Assembly: GCA_963664115.2 (NCBI GenBank)
Contig: CAXWPJ010000009.1
Coordinates: 256,001-320,000 of the forward strand
Source: Terriglobia bacterium
GTDB taxonomy: Bacteria; Acidobacteriota; Terriglobia; 20CM-2-55-15
Reading direction: 5' to 3'
DNA length: 64,000 nt
The position numbers were made by a program, and so were the translations under genes. Of this stretch, positions 37,398 through 48,604 are shown piece after piece (positions within the stretch are counted from its first letter, which is position 1; each line of letters starts with the position of its first letter). The notes below the pieces were generated by a model. It was not told the DNA's origin and searched no databases. It saw only the letters and a program-made list of their open reading frames with translations.

Positions 37398-38207
37398 ATG
37401 GATGTTGAAACCGATGACCTTCAAGCTCTCAAAGACGCGGTCGACATCCTTGAGAGTCCCAGTTTCGCAATTGAGCTGACGAACCTTATCGGAAAGCCAA
37501 TCGAGCGTGCCGTGGACAAACTCCCCGATGCCGTCTCCCGACGCATCGATGACGCTACACGGAACGCCCTGCAATCTTCCCTGCGCGTGGCCCTGTCCAC
37601 TATGAGCAATGAGCGTCATCTCAGACCGTCCAACACGACGCACAAGATCCTCACTACGCTCAGCGGTGCCGTTGGTGGTGCCTTTGGCCTTCCCGCATTG
37701 GCGATTGAGCTGCCCGTGTCAACAACCATCATGCTCCGTTCGATAGCGGATATTGCCCGTGGCGAAGGCGAGAATATTCGTGTCGCGGAAACTCAGCTCG
37801 CGTGCATCGAAGTGTTCGCACTTGGAGGGCACTCGGAATCCGACGACGGTGCGGAAACCGGGTACTACGCTACACGCGCCGCGCTGGCTCGAGCTGTTTC
37901 TGAAGCCGCGAAATACATAGCCAAAAAAGGGCTTGCAGCGGAGGGCGCGCCTGCGATTGTTCGTCTCATTACGAAGGTTGCCGCCCGGTTCAGTGTGCCG
38001 GTGTCCGAAAAGTTCGCTGCGCAGGCCGTACCCGCAATCGGCGGGGCCGGAGGTGCGGCGATCAATCTCGTATTCATCAATCATTTTCAAGATATGGCAC
38101 GTGGTCATTTCACCGTCAGGCGCTTGGAGCGGAAATACGGCGCAGAGATCATTCAGCGGAAATATGAAGAAATCTGTCGCGGTGACGCGAGTTCAGGTGG
38201 TGAATAG
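37398..38207 (+). CDS. EcsC-family protein
   Basis: GAVGGAFGLPALAIELPVSTTIMLRSIADIARGEGE, KFAAQAVPAIGG, HFTVRRLERKYG. Confidence 0.85.
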   Translation: MDVETDDLQALKDAVDILESPSFAIELTNLIGKPIERAVDKLPDAVSRRIDDATRNALQSSLRVALSTMSNERHLRPSNTTHKILTTLSGAVGGAFGLPALAIELPVSTTIMLRSIADIARGEGENIRVAETQLACIEVFALGGHSESDDGAETGYYATRAALARAVSEAAKYIAKKGLAAEGAPAIVRLITKVAARFSVPVSEKFAAQAVPAIGGAGGAAINLVFINHFQDMARGHFTVRRLERKYGAEIIQRKYEEICRGDASSGGE

Positions 38208-38264
38208 CACGGCAATGAAGCTGGCAGTCCGAAAACGCGGTAGTTGGAGCGGCGAGATGCCCAG

Positions 38265-38699
38265 CTAAGCGGGGGGCTTCATGTCCTCTGGCGCCACGTC
38301 ACGCACATGCTGCGCAAAGTACCAGTGGTGCCCGTCCGGGTCTTCGGTCCCGTAGCGTCGGTCACCGCAAAACTGGTCCTCCGGTTCCTCGAGAATCCTC
38401 GCCCCGGACTCTTTCGCTTGTCGAAAATGCACGTCCACGTCGTCCACGAAAACGTAGAGGCTCTGGGTCGCCTGGCCGAGTTCGGTCGGATTCCGGTAGT
38501 CCGGTGTCGGGCACCCGAGCATGATTACGCCGTCTGCACACTCCATCTCTGCGTGCATGATCCCTCCGTCGGGACCCGGCATTCGTATTCGTTCCTCAAA
38601 TCCGAAAGCTCGTGCGAGCCATTCCAGCGCCGTAGCCACGTCCTTGTAGTACAGGTAGGGAGTGATGCGGGACATGTGCTCCGGGGGGTTTGCGGGCAT
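38265..38699 (-). CDS. VOC/glyoxalase (bleomycin-resistance-like) protein
   Basis: ITPYLYYKDVATALEWLARAFGF, IMHAEM, EPEDQFCGDRRY..EDPDGHHW. Confidence 0.88.
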   Translation of the reverse strand: MPANPPEHMSRITPYLYYKDVATALEWLARAFGFEERIRMPGPDGGIMHAEMECADGVIMLGCPTPDYRNPTELGQATQSLYVFVDDVDVHFRQAKESGARILEEPEDQFCGDRRYGTEDPDGHHWYFAQHVRDVAPEDMKPPA

Positions 38700-38958
38700 T
38701 GAGGATCCTCCTATTCGTTTGGGGCAGCATACCACCAGGCTCCGAGAGTCAGCTGAGTCTTCGGGAGCAGAACCTGCAGGGCTCCAGGTCATGGGTCAAT
38801 AGAACTGGACGGGGACTTGTTGACAAACCCAGCAAAGCCTTGTGAAATGCGTTAGGCGGATGTTCAAAAGCACCCACCGCCCTCTCAGAAAATTCCGGGA
38901 GATTGTCATGTGCTCATCTTGATTGATGAGCCCTTCAGCATTTGTCTGGAGACTAGAG

Positions 38959-39459
38959 ATGGAATTTCAGTTCAAGCCTTTATCCGGAGAAACCATACCC
39001 CGGGATCTCCAACGAGCAAAAGAATACCGCCTTTTGAACGAACCCGAGCAGGCCGAGAGTATCTGCCTGGACGTTCTCGCTATCGATCCCGAAAACCAGG
39101 AGGCGCTCGTCTTACTCCTGCTGGCACTCACGGACGAGTTCTCTCATGCGGAACGCGAAACCTATAGACGGGCCCAAGACCTGATTCCCAAGATTCGAGA
39201 TGCGTATCAAAAAACCTATTATTCAGGCCTCATCTTTGAGAGACGGGGCCGAGCGCATCTCAAGCAGGGATCCCACGGGTCCGGATACGTCGCCTACGAT
39301 TGGCTCCAGAAGGCCATGGACTGGTACGAGAAATCGGAGACGAGCCGCCCCCCAGGTAACGACGACGCGCTGTTGAGGTGGAACGCCTGCGCCCGCACCA
39401 TCATCGAGCATGAGCTCGAAGCCGCAATCGAAGACACGATCCAGCCATTTCTGGAATAG
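38959..39459 (+). CDS. Hypothetical helical (TPR-like) protein directly upstream of sdhC
   Basis: YRLLNEPEQAESICLDVL..DPENQEA, YYSGLIFERR, NDDALLRWNACAR; 8 nt before sdhC. Confidence 0.7.
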   Translation: MEFQFKPLSGETIPRDLQRAKEYRLLNEPEQAESICLDVLAIDPENQEALVLLLLALTDEFSHAERETYRRAQDLIPKIRDAYQKTYYSGLIFERRGRAHLKQGSHGSGYVAYDWLQKAMDWYEKSETSRPPGNDDALLRWNACARTIIEHELEAAIEDTIQPFLE

Positions 39460-39467
39460 AAAGCGCT

Positions 39468-40130
39468 ATGTGGATTCTCCGCTTCTATCGTTCATCGCTC
39501 GGCAAAAAGGTCGTGATGGTCGCGACAGGCATCGCCCTTTTCGGGTTCATCGTTGGGCACCTGGCCGGAAATCTCCAGATCTTTGCGGGACCGGAGACGC
39601 TCGATGCTTACGCAAAGCTGCTGAAGGAAACACCAAAGTTACTCTGGACCACTCGACTCGCCCTTGCCGGCGCGGTCGGCTTGCACTTTCTGGCCGCAGC
39701 GCAACTTGCGATAAGGAACCGATCCGCCCGGCCGGTGCGTTACAGACGTCACAAGTACCGAGACGCGAGTTACGCATCCCGCACGATGGTTTGGAGCGGA
39801 CCCATCATTGCGCTTTTCGTCGTTTACCACCTCTTGCATTTTACGGTCGGCTCAGTGCATCCATCGTACCCAAACTTCAACCCGGAAACCGTGTATCAGA
39901 ATGTAATCACCGGGTTCCAGCAGTGGCCGGTAGCACTGTTCTACGTCGCTGCCGTGTTGAGCCTCGGACTGCACATGGGCCATGGGATCTGGAGCATGTT
40001 TCAATCCATCGGTCTGAATCACTCCAAATATGATCCGCTCGTGCGGCGCGGATCCATCATCATCAGCTCTTTCATCGTCGTCGGCTACTTGTCCATTCCG
40101 TTGGCCGTGCTGATCGGCGTCGTGAGCTGA
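39468..40130 (+). CDS. sdhC: Succinate dehydrogenase/fumarate reductase cytochrome b subunit (single anchor)
   Basis: [19 protein letters not shown], four heme-ligand-type His, [14 protein letters not shown]. Confidence 0.9.
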   Translation: MWILRFYRSSLGKKVVMVATGIALFGFIVGHLAGNLQIFAGPETLDAYAKLLKETPKLLWTTRLALAGAVGLHFLAAAQLAIRNRSARPVRYRRHKYRDASYASRTMVWSGPIIALFVVYHLLHFTVGSVHPSYPNFNPETVYQNVITGFQQWPVALFYVAAVLSLGLHMGHGIWSMFQSIGLNHSKYDPLVRRGSIIISSFIVVGYLSIPLAVLIGVVS

Positions 40131-40135
40131 CTCAG

Positions 40136-42052
40136 ATGATAAAACTCGATACGAAAATTCCGTCGGGCCCTCTCGAAAAGAAGTGGGATCGCCGACAGTT
40201 TCGGCTGAGGCTCGTCAATCCTGCAAACAAACGCCGGTACAACGTTGTTGTCGTCGGCTCTGGGCTGGCGGGTGCGTCAGCGGCGGCGTCCCTGGCCGAA
40301 CTCGGTTACAACGTAAAGTGCTTCTGTTACCAGGACAGCCCCCGTCGGGCACACAGTATCGCGGCCCAAGGCGGAATCAACGCCGCCAAGAACTACCAGA
40401 ACGACGGCGACAGCGTATTTCGTCTTTTCTACGACACGATCAAAGGTGGAGATTACCGGTCCCGTGAGGCAAACGTCTATCGTCTGGCTCAGATCAGCCG
40501 CAGCATCATCGACCAATGTGTCGCCCAAGGTGTTCCTTTTGCGCGCGAGTACGGCGGCGGTCTGTCGAACCGTTCTTTCGGCGGGGCCCAGGTTTCTCGG
40601 ACGTTCTACGCCCGAGGCCAGACCGGACAACAGTTGCTGCTGGGTGCCTATCAGGCTCTCTCAAGACAGATAGGGGCGGGGCGTGTCCAGATGAACTCGC
40701 GTACGGAGATGCTCGATCTGGTCGTCGTGGACGGTCACGCTCGCGGCATAGTTACCCGGGATATGGTCACCGGGAAGATCGAATCACATGCGGCTGACGC
40801 CGTTGTCCTCTGTACTGGCGGCTACGGCAACGTGTTTTACCTTTCGACCAACGCTAAAGGATGCAACGCGACGGCCATCTGGCGTGCCTACAAACGCGGC
40901 GCGGCTCTGGCCAACCCATGCCTTACTCAAATCCATCCGACCTGCATCCCCGTATCCGGAAAGCATCAGTCGAAACTCACGCTGATGAGTGAATCCCTTC
41001 GTAACGATGGCCGTATCTGGGTGCCGCTGAAAAAAGGGGACACACGGTCTCCCGCGAACATTCCCGGGGCAGAGCGCGACTACTATTTAGAGCGCAGGTA
41101 TCCCAGCTTCGGAAACCTCGTTCCGCGCGACGTGGCTTCTCGTGCAGCGAAAGCAGTCTGTGACGACGGCCGTGGTGTGGGTTCGACGGGCCTGGGCGTG
41201 TACCTCGATTTCGCCGACGCTATCGGACGTCTTGGCGAGGAAACAATCCGGGAACGCTATGGCAACCTTTTCCACATGTATGCCCGCATCACCGATGAGG
41301 ATCCCTACAAATCGCCGATGCGGATCTATCCCGCCGTTCATTACGTCATGGGCGGCCTCTGGGTCGATTACAACTTGATGAGTACGATCCCGGGCCTGTT
41401 CGTTGCCGGAGAGGCGAACTTTTCCGATCACGGAGCCAACCGACTCGGAGCCAGCGCACTGATGCAGGGTTTGGCCGACGGCTACTTCATCATTCCATAT
41501 ACGATTGGCGACTATTTGGCACGATCCGGGAGCGATCGAATCGAAACTGACCACGACGAGTTCAAGCGCGTCGGACAAGAGGTGAACGAGCGAACCCGAA
41601 AGTTTCTGGCGATCCGTGGAACGCGTACCGTCGACAGCTTCCACCGTGAACTGGGCGATCTCATGTGGAATTGTTGCGGGATGTCCCGGAACGCGAAAGG
41701 TCTTCAACATGCGCTTGAGAAGATACCTTCCCTGCGCCAGGAATACTGGGAAAATGTCCGCGTGCTCGGAACCCACGAGGAACTCAACCACTCACTGGAA
41801 CGCGCGGGGCGTGTCGCTGACTTCCTGGAATTGGCGGAGCTGATGTGCCGCGATGCGCTGGAAAGGAACGAGTCGGCCGGTTGCCACTTCCGCGAAGAAC
41901 ACCAAACGCCAGACGGGGAAGCGCTGCGAAATGACGAGGCCTTTTCCCATGTTGCTGCCTGGGAGTACAAGGGAGACAGCGTAATTCCCGTACTGCATAA
42001 AGAGTCCCTTGCGTTTGATTTTGTCACTCCAACACAGAGGAGCTACCGGTAG
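40136..42052 (+). CDS. sdhA: Succinate dehydrogenase/fumarate reductase flavoprotein
   Basis: [35 protein letters not shown]. Confidence 0.93.
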   Translation: MIKLDTKIPSGPLEKKWDRRQFRLRLVNPANKRRYNVVVVGSGLAGASAAASLAELGYNVKCFCYQDSPRRAHSIAAQGGINAAKNYQNDGDSVFRLFYDTIKGGDYRSREANVYRLAQISRSIIDQCVAQGVPFAREYGGGLSNRSFGGAQVSRTFYARGQTGQQLLLGAYQALSRQIGAGRVQMNSRTEMLDLVVVDGHARGIVTRDMVTGKIESHAADAVVLCTGGYGNVFYLSTNAKGCNATAIWRAYKRGAALANPCLTQIHPTCIPVSGKHQSKLTLMSESLRNDGRIWVPLKKGDTRSPANIPGAERDYYLERRYPSFGNLVPRDVASRAAKAVCDDGRGVGSTGLGVYLDFADAIGRLGEETIRERYGNLFHMYARITDEDPYKSPMRIYPAVHYVMGGLWVDYNLMSTIPGLFVAGEANFSDHGANRLGASALMQGLADGYFIIPYTIGDYLARSGSDRIETDHDEFKRVGQEVNERTRKFLAIRGTRTVDSFHRELGDLMWNCCGMSRNAKGLQHALEKIPSLRQEYWENVRVLGTHEELNHSLERAGRVADFLELAELMCRDALERNESAGCHFREEHQTPDGEALRNDEAFSHVAAWEYKGDSVIPVLHKESLAFDFVTPTQRSYR

Positions 42053-42807
42053 TGAATTTAACACTCCAGGTGTGGCGCCAGAAAAACGCGGAGTACCCGG
42101 GAGCATTTGTGACATACCCGGCCCGCAACGTCAGCCCGGATATGTCGTTCCTGGAGATGTTGGATGTCGTCAATGAGGACTTGATCCGGGAAGGAGAAGG
42201 CCCGATCGCCTTCGACTACGACTGCCGTGAAGGAATCTGTGGAACGTGTGGAGTCGTCATTAACGGACGACCCCACGGACCGTCACCTGCGACAACGACC
42301 TGTCAACTCCATATGCGGCTGTTCAATGACGGCGATACGATCACAATTGAACCCTGGAGGGCCAGGGCCTTTCCTGTCATCAAGGACCTTGTTGTTGATC
42401 GGCAAGCATTTGATCGGATCATTCAATCCGGAGGCTACATCTCAATTTCGGCCGGGAGCGCGCCCGAAGCCAACGCCATTCCGATACCAAAGGAAACGGC
42501 CGAACTGGCGATGGACGCGGCTTCCTGCATCGGTTGCGGGGCCTGCGTCGCAGCCTGTCCCAATGCATCCGCGATGCTGTTCACGGCGGCGAAAATATCC
42601 CATCTTGGCCTGCTGCCCCAAGGTCAATCCGAGCGCTATGGACGTGCACTGAAGATGGTTGCGACGATGGACCAGGAGCTGTTCGGCGCTTGCACAAACA
42701 CTGGCGAGTGTGAGGCTGCCTGTCCGAAAGAGATATCAATCGAGTGGATCGCACGTATGAACAAGGATTATTTAAAGGCTTCCATCACATCGCGCTCCGA
42801 GACATAA
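42052..42807 (+). CDS. sdhB: Succinate dehydrogenase/fumarate reductase Fe-S subunit
   Basis: [33 protein letters not shown]. Confidence 0.93.
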   Translation: MNLTLQVWRQKNAEYPGAFVTYPARNVSPDMSFLEMLDVVNEDLIREGEGPIAFDYDCREGICGTCGVVINGRPHGPSPATTTCQLHMRLFNDGDTITIEPWRARAFPVIKDLVVDRQAFDRIIQSGGYISISAGSAPEANAIPIPKETAELAMDAASCIGCGACVAACPNASAMLFTAAKISHLGLLPQGQSERYGRALKMVATMDQELFGACTNTGECEAACPKEISIEWIARMNKDYLKASITSRSET

Positions 42808-42881
42808 CAGGAGTCGGATACGACTTCATTGAAAAGACCAAAGCTCAACATTCCGCAATTCATCACTTTGCAGCCGGCCTC

Positions 42882-42911
42882 TTGACAAGCGCGCGTAACA
42901 ACGTGTAGATT
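42882..42911 (+). promoter_or_regulatory. Putative sigma70 promoter for the frd operon
   Basis: TTGACA-N18-TAGATT about 60 nt upstream of frdA. Confidence 0.55.
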
Positions 42912-42973
42912 CTCGACGGTTTACTGATCGAAAAAGCCGTTTTACGATTTCTTTTATAGGGCGCGGAGGGGTA

Positions 42974-44719
42974 GTGGACGTCTCTTCATACGATGTTCTT
43001 TTGGTTGGTGGTGGTGGAGCCGGTCTGCGTGCGGCCATAGCTGTTGCGGAGTTCGATCCAAAGCTCAGAGTTGCCGTTGTTTCGAAGGTCTACCCGATGC
43101 GGAGCCATACGGTGTCCGCGGAGGGCGGAGCTGCGGGCGTTATCGCCGACGACGACAGCCTGGATGAACATGCTTACGATACGGTCTCAGGAAGCGATTG
43201 GCTCGGTGATCAGGACGCCATCGAACTGTTCGTCGATCAAGCCCCGAAAGAGTTGCTGCAACTGGAACATTGGGGCTGCCCCTGGAGCCGGACAGACGAC
43301 GGCCGGGTCGCCGTGCGGCCGTTTGGAGGTATGAAAAACAAGCGAACCTGGTTCGCCGCCGACAAGACGGGTTTTCATATGCTCCACACTCTCTTCCAGA
43401 CGTCGTTAAAATACGACCCCATCGTCCGCTACGACGAGTGGTTCGTCACGAAGTTGCTGGTTGACGACGGCCGGGTTCAGGGAGTCGTGGCCTTGGAGCT
43501 GATGTCGGGGAAGATCCAGGCTATCACTGCGAAAGCAGTGATTCTCTGCACCGGCGGGTGCGGCAAAGTGTTTCCGTTCACCACGAACGCCAACATCAAG
43601 AACGGCGACGGGATGGCGATGGCTTACCGGGCGGGCGTCCCTTTAAAGGACATGGAATTTGTCCAGTACCATCCGACGGGGCTTCCTTTTACCGGAATCC
43701 TGATCACCGAGGCCACCCGGGCCGAGGGCGGGTATCTGGTAAATAAGGACGGCTACCGGTACCTGCAGGATTACGATTTGGGGACCCCAGAGCCCAAACC
43801 CGTGCTGCGCTCGATGGAACTGGGTCCTCGCGACCGGCTCTCCCAGGCGTTTGTCAAAGAGCAGGAGAAAGGACGAACTATGGAGGGTCCTTACGGGCAC
43901 TACGTGCACCTCGATCTCCGCCATCTCGGAGAAAAGCACATCGACTCCAGAATTCCCTTTGTCCGGGAGCTGTGTCTCAAGTACGAAAACATCGATCCGG
44001 TTCGGGAAAAAATACCCGTGCGGCCCGTCATTCACTACGTGATGGGTGGAGTGCATACCGACAACGACGGCGCGACTCCGCTGGACGGATTGTTTGCAGC
44101 GGGAGAGGTCGCGTGTGTCAGCATCAACGGCGCCAACCGGCTCGGCTCGAATTCTCTGACCGAACTACTCGTTTTCGGCGGCCGAGCGGGAAAGGCAGCC
44201 GCATCTCTCGCTTCCACTCGGAAGGCGCCCGGGAATCACATTATTGCTCAGGCGAACGATGAGAAGAGACGCCTGGAAGAGAAGTTTCTTCGAAAGACGG
44301 GCGGGCGGGAACCGATCGCCACGATCCGGAAGGAAATGCAGGCAGCGATGGAGGATGGCGCGGGCATTTACCGTAACGGTGAAGCTCTTGAACGGTCTTC
44401 GGAGAAACTTCGGGAATTACAGGATCGGTTCAATGACATCGCGATCCAGGACCACAGTCGCACGTTTAACACCGAACTGGTTTCAGCGCTTGAGTTGGCT
44501 TACATGCTCGACGTTGCCGAATCGATCGTGCAATGTGCCGCCAACCGCACCGAATCCCGTGGAGCGCATCAGAGGACGGACTTTCCCGCCCGGGACGACG
44601 AAAACTTTCTCGCACATTCTCTGGTGTTTCGAAACGAAGACGGCTCCTCTCGAATGGAGTATCTGCCGGTTAACATCACGCGATGGCCACCGGCCGAACG
44701 CGTTTACGGAAGAAAGTAG
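42974..44719 (+). CDS. frdA: Fumarate reductase flavoprotein
   Basis: [56 protein letters not shown] (E. coli FrdA-like). Confidence 0.92.
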   Translation: MDVSSYDVLLVGGGGAGLRAAIAVAEFDPKLRVAVVSKVYPMRSHTVSAEGGAAGVIADDDSLDEHAYDTVSGSDWLGDQDAIELFVDQAPKELLQLEHWGCPWSRTDDGRVAVRPFGGMKNKRTWFAADKTGFHMLHTLFQTSLKYDPIVRYDEWFVTKLLVDDGRVQGVVALELMSGKIQAITAKAVILCTGGCGKVFPFTTNANIKNGDGMAMAYRAGVPLKDMEFVQYHPTGLPFTGILITEATRAEGGYLVNKDGYRYLQDYDLGTPEPKPVLRSMELGPRDRLSQAFVKEQEKGRTMEGPYGHYVHLDLRHLGEKHIDSRIPFVRELCLKYENIDPVREKIPVRPVIHYVMGGVHTDNDGATPLDGLFAAGEVACVSINGANRLGSNSLTELLVFGGRAGKAAASLASTRKAPGNHIIAQANDEKRRLEEKFLRKTGGREPIATIRKEMQAAMEDGAGIYRNGEALERSSEKLRELQDRFNDIAIQDHSRTFNTELVSALELAYMLDVAESIVQCAANRTESRGAHQRTDFPARDDENFLAHSLVFRNEDGSSRMEYLPVNITRWPPAERVYGRK

Positions 44720-44725
44720 GTACGG

Positions 44726-45469
44726 ATGACTGACACAATCGTCCTCGAAGTCACACGCTATAGACCGGAACAGGAAACAGAACCGACCGTTCAGGAGTAC
44801 GAGGTGCCGATCACCCCGGACTGGGTGATCCTCGATGCCTTGAACTACATCAAAGACGACGTCGACGGATCGCTGTCATACCGATGGTCTTGCCGGATGG
44901 GGATCTGCGGGAGTTGCGGGATGATGGTCAACGGCAAACCCAAGCTCACGTGCGCCACGTTTCTTGCCGACTATGCGCCCGGACCGGTACGAATCGAGCC
45001 GCTCAAGAATTTTCCGATCATACGAGATTTAACGATAGAAATGTCGGACTTCATGACGAAACTGAAGGACGTCAAGCCATGGATCATCCGGGAAGACGAG
45101 AAGCCCATCGAGGAAGGAGAATATCTCCAGACTCCAGCCGAACTTGACACATACAAACAGTTCAGTATGTGCATCAACTGTATGTTGTGCTATTCCGCCT
45201 GCCCCGTGTACGGCCTGGATGACGCTTTTGCGGGCCCGGCGGTGATCGCGTTGGCACAGCGCTACAACATGGACTCACGCGATCAGGGGGCCTCCGAACG
45301 CCTCGGCATCCTGTCGGAGCATGAAGGGATATGGGCTTGTACTTTTGTAGGCGAGTGCACCAAGGTCTGCCCCAAGCACGTAGATCCGGCGGGAGCGATT
45401 CAGCAGTACAAGGTGACTGCGACAACGGAATGGTTCAAGTCCCTGCTCATGCCACGGGGAAGCAAATGA
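44726..45469 (+). CDS. frdB: Fumarate reductase Fe-S subunit
   Basis: [44 protein letters not shown]. Confidence 0.92.
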   Translation: MTDTIVLEVTRYRPEQETEPTVQEYEVPITPDWVILDALNYIKDDVDGSLSYRWSCRMGICGSCGMMVNGKPKLTCATFLADYAPGPVRIEPLKNFPIIRDLTIEMSDFMTKLKDVKPWIIREDEKPIEEGEYLQTPAELDTYKQFSMCINCMLCYSACPVYGLDDAFAGPAVIALAQRYNMDSRDQGASERLGILSEHEGIWACTFVGECTKVCPKHVDPAGAIQQYKVTATTEWFKSLLMPRGSK

Positions 45470-45882
45470 CCGAAAGGTCCGCGTACACGGAGTTTCGTCC
45501 AAAGTGGTACCGCGCTCGCGTTTCCACTTACTGGTGGCTTTCTCAATGGTCATACACGAAGTTCATTTTGAGGGAGTTGAGCAGCGTATTCGTCGGATAT
45601 TTCATCGTGATTACACTCCTGCAGGTTCGGGCACTGACCCTCGGGGCATCCAGTTACGCCGAGTTGCAGCTTTGGTTGGGTAATCCTCTCGTCATACTGT
45701 TGAACACCGTCGGTTTTCTGTTCCTACTCCTCCACACCATAACCTGGTTCAACCTAACGCCACGAGCGATCGTTCTCCGTCTCGGCGGAAAACGCGTTCC
45801 CGACATTCTGATCATCGCCCCAAACTACGTCGCGTGGGTGGTGATATCAGGTGTCTTAGCCTGGGTTATCGTAGGAAGCTAG
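45466..45882 (+). CDS. frdC: Fumarate reductase membrane anchor C
   Basis: ATG 45466; YWWL...[21 protein letters not shown]. Confidence 0.88.
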   Translation: MTERSAYTEFRPKWYRARVSTYWWLSQWSYTKFILRELSSVFVGYFIVITLLQVRALTLGASSYAELQLWLGNPLVILLNTVGFLFLLLHTITWFNLTPRAIVLRLGGKRVPDILIIAPNYVAWVVISGVLAWVIVGS

Positions 45883-45883
45883 A

Positions 45884-46237
45884 ATGGCCAACAAATCAAA
45901 TGTCGCTTTCTTTTGGGCACTGTTCAGCGCTGGGGGTGTTGTCTCCGCTTTTCTGTTGCCCGTGCACGTGTTTTTGTTCGGGCTAGCGTTCCCGCTGGGT
46001 TGGATTGCCTCTCCCAGCCACGAGAGCCTGCTCGCTTTACTCCAATCGCCTGTGACCCGAATTTACCTGCTCGTCCTCTGCGTACTGTCGCTTTTTCACT
46101 GGGCGCACCGGTTTCGCTACACACTCTACGACGGTGCACAAATGAAACACCTCAATGAAGTGATTGTTGTTCTGACTTACGGGGGTGCCACGCTGGGGTC
46201 CGTTGTGGCCATTTACCTGCTCTTGAACGTGGGGTGA
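45884..46237 (+). CDS. frdD: Fumarate reductase membrane anchor D
   Basis: FFWALFSAGGVVSAFLLP, FHWAHRFR. Confidence 0.88.
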   Translation: MANKSNVAFFWALFSAGGVVSAFLLPVHVFLFGLAFPLGWIASPSHESLLALLQSPVTRIYLLVLCVLSLFHWAHRFRYTLYDGAQMKHLNEVIVVLTYGGATLGSVVAIYLLLNVG

Positions 46238-46327
46238 ACAGGACCGAACACTGCCGCACAGAGGCATAGAGAGCGCTAAACCTATCCCTTGTAACCCTGC
46301 CCTACACTCCGCGACACGAAATCGAGA

Positions 46328-48391
46328 TCAGAAATAGATTCGAGCAACATCCCGTAAGCGCCTTTGGTTGACCGTTGTCGGGAGGCGGATTGTTCCTTGG
46401 GGATTTCTCTGCCACAACAGGATTTGAAGTTCCCGCCGGATGCGGTTGAAATAACCAAGGGCGGCGCTCCGTACTCGGAGAAATTCTCCCTCTTCAAGCC
46501 CCATCTCCTCGACTTCCTGAATCCAGCCCCGGACCACGGCATCCTGTTCAGCATCCGCATCGACAATCAGGCGCGAACCTTCGATGCCCTCGATACGCAG
46601 ATCGACCTGCCCCCACCAACCCGCTTCGACTATTTTGGCATCGAGCCACGTCATCAGCACCAGGAGGCCCGGAAGGTCTCCGGTAGCAACCCGCCCCGCG
46701 GAAAGGCTCGGCGTGGAATCCTGGTCCCCGCTCGTCCAGGCGCTGAGCCTCCGTCGAAGGTTTGGAAGGTCCGCACCCGGAGCAAAGACGAGGAGGCGGT
46801 CAGGGCGAACTTCTCCAAGCTGGTCGAACACTGCGTCGTTTGGAGGATCTGAAAACGACCATAAGCTTCCGTTGTTCCCAACCTGTGCTTCACCGCCCGG
46901 TAGCGCGCCTTCGAATCGACCGGCGACGAATATGCCGTAAGCAGGATCCTCTGCCAGTGTGACGCCCGACGCGAGGCGCTCCACCTGGACGGGCGATGAA
47001 TCCGGAAAAGCGACGGTGTCGAAAGCAGGCACCGGAACACGGCCGGGAGCCAGACCCAAAGGAGGGGGAAGGGGCTGAACCGGCACGATCGCTTCGCTGA
47101 GACTTTCGACGCTCACCTGCGGCTGCTCGAAAGCGGGTGGCCACGTCGCAACCACACGCCCAAGGGCGTCAAAATCCCGAACGGCCGAGCGGAAACTCTC
47201 CGCGGTCAAGCTGATGAGCGCAGCCCGACCGGCTTCTAACGAATCCCAGAGGTCATGTGCCCCAAACCATTCGAGCGAGCTTCGTTGCCCGAGGTAAGCT
47301 CTGGCTGAATCCACCGCACGTCGCAGTTCACCCGGATCCGGGTTGCGGTACTGCATTCCGGTGATCTGATCCAATAGCTCGTCCCTCACATCTTCGGAAT
47401 AGGTCGGAATCTCCACAGGAATCTCGATCCAATGTAAGACCGGATCCACGCCAAGCCCGAAGCGAAACCGGGCGGACGGATCCGCGACCTGCTGCAATGC
47501 GCGATCGACAACCAGCGCCCGGAACCAGCCTTCAAAGTGAACGCTCGGAACCGCCCGCGCAAGAACCACGCCGCCCTTGACACGTGAAGGAAAATCCAGC
47601 ACCGTCTCGACGGACTCCGGCAACACGTTGGTAGCCGGGTTGTGGCTGGCCTCGCGATAATCGATGTCTGCAAGAACGCTTAGGGCCGATTGCGGCAGCC
47701 TTTCGGAGGTGATGACGTAGGCTCGGTTGGTCCCGAAATTTTCATCAAAGTATGTCTCCAGATCGTCAATCCGCAAGCGATCGATTTGATCCGCGCTCGC
47801 AGGATCAGACCAAAGATAGGGGTAATCCCGGAGCAGGGCTGCACCAACTTCTCTGTCCAACTCATCACTAAACGCGTCTGTCTCCGCCCCAACAGCAAGC
47901 CGAAGTTGCCGGCGTGCATACTCGAACATTTCAGGTTCGAAGGCAGGTTCAGCAAAATACGAACCGACCTGCGTCAACACCGCTCCAACCAGGTTATTGG
48001 GTACACGCACGCGCATCCCGATCCGATCCGGCTCTGTGATGAACTCGAACTCCCCGCCACCCAGATGCGCCACCAGTGCCACAGAACGCGCGGCCACGGA
48101 AGCGGAAAGATAGAATCCAGCGAGGTCTGCGACACCGGCCGGATAGCCGGGCTCGTTTCGGAAACCGACTGTGTAACCGAATGCGATTTCCGTGTTGTTT
48201 CCGTCGTCCCCCTCATCTAAAGAATGAGGCAGATAAATCGCGCGCACGCCGTTTGTGAACCGTTCTGCATCAATGGAAGGGAAATCGACCAGCGGTGTCG
48301 GGCTTGGGGCCTGTGCGGCCCCCTGGACCTCGAACCCAGCCCACAGTGCACCCCACATCAGCCAGAGCATGAGACTTCTAGACGCAGACAC
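46328..48391 (-). CDS. Exported M16 (insulinase)-fold protein, probably non-catalytic
   Basis: Signal peptide; FTNGVRAIY, VGFRNEPGYPAGVADL (HxxEH absent), YPY...IDRLRIDDLETYF, second lobe LASGVTL. Confidence 0.6.
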   Translation of the reverse strand: MSASRSLMLWLMWGALWAGFEVQGAAQAPSPTPLVDFPSIDAERFTNGVRAIYLPHSLDEGDDGNNTEIAFGYTVGFRNEPGYPAGVADLAGFYLSASVAARSVALVAHLGGGEFEFITEPDRIGMRVRVPNNLVGAVLTQVGSYFAEPAFEPEMFEYARRQLRLAVGAETDAFSDELDREVGAALLRDYPYLWSDPASADQIDRLRIDDLETYFDENFGTNRAYVITSERLPQSALSVLADIDYREASHNPATNVLPESVETVLDFPSRVKGGVVLARAVPSVHFEGWFRALVVDRALQQVADPSARFRFGLGVDPVLHWIEIPVEIPTYSEDVRDELLDQITGMQYRNPDPGELRRAVDSARAYLGQRSSLEWFGAHDLWDSLEAGRAALISLTAESFRSAVRDFDALGRVVATWPPAFEQPQVSVESLSEAIVPVQPLPPPLGLAPGRVPVPAFDTVAFPDSSPVQVERLASGVTLAEDPAYGIFVAGRFEGALPGGEAQVGNNGSLWSFSDPPNDAVFDQLGEVRPDRLLVFAPGADLPNLRRRLSAWTSGDQDSTPSLSAGRVATGDLPGLLVLMTWLDAKIVEAGWWGQVDLRIEGIEGSRLIVDADAEQDAVVRGWIQEVEEMGLEEGEFLRVRSAALGYFNRIRRELQILLWQRNPQGTIRLPTTVNQRRLRDVARIYF

Positions 48392-48604
48392 CGGTTGAGA
48401 CTAGCCCTTGTAGGGCAGTATTTTCAAGGACGATCGATTGTGCTAGTGTGGGCAATTCGATTCTACGTAAAGGCTCGCAAGGCTCTTCCCGCTCTGGGGC
48501 GACCTGCCCCCATACGACTTGAGCGTGGGACAACTGGCCGACCGCTTGTCGACCTTCAACCGTTCTGTGCGGACCGAACGAGCCAACCGAAGAAGGAGTT
48601 CTGA

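Noticed and set aside
38810-38875. IS/MITE end-like motifs (CTTGTTGACAAACCC, GGATGTTCAAAAG)
   Set aside because: No matching partner IR, target duplication or transposase; too weak to call.
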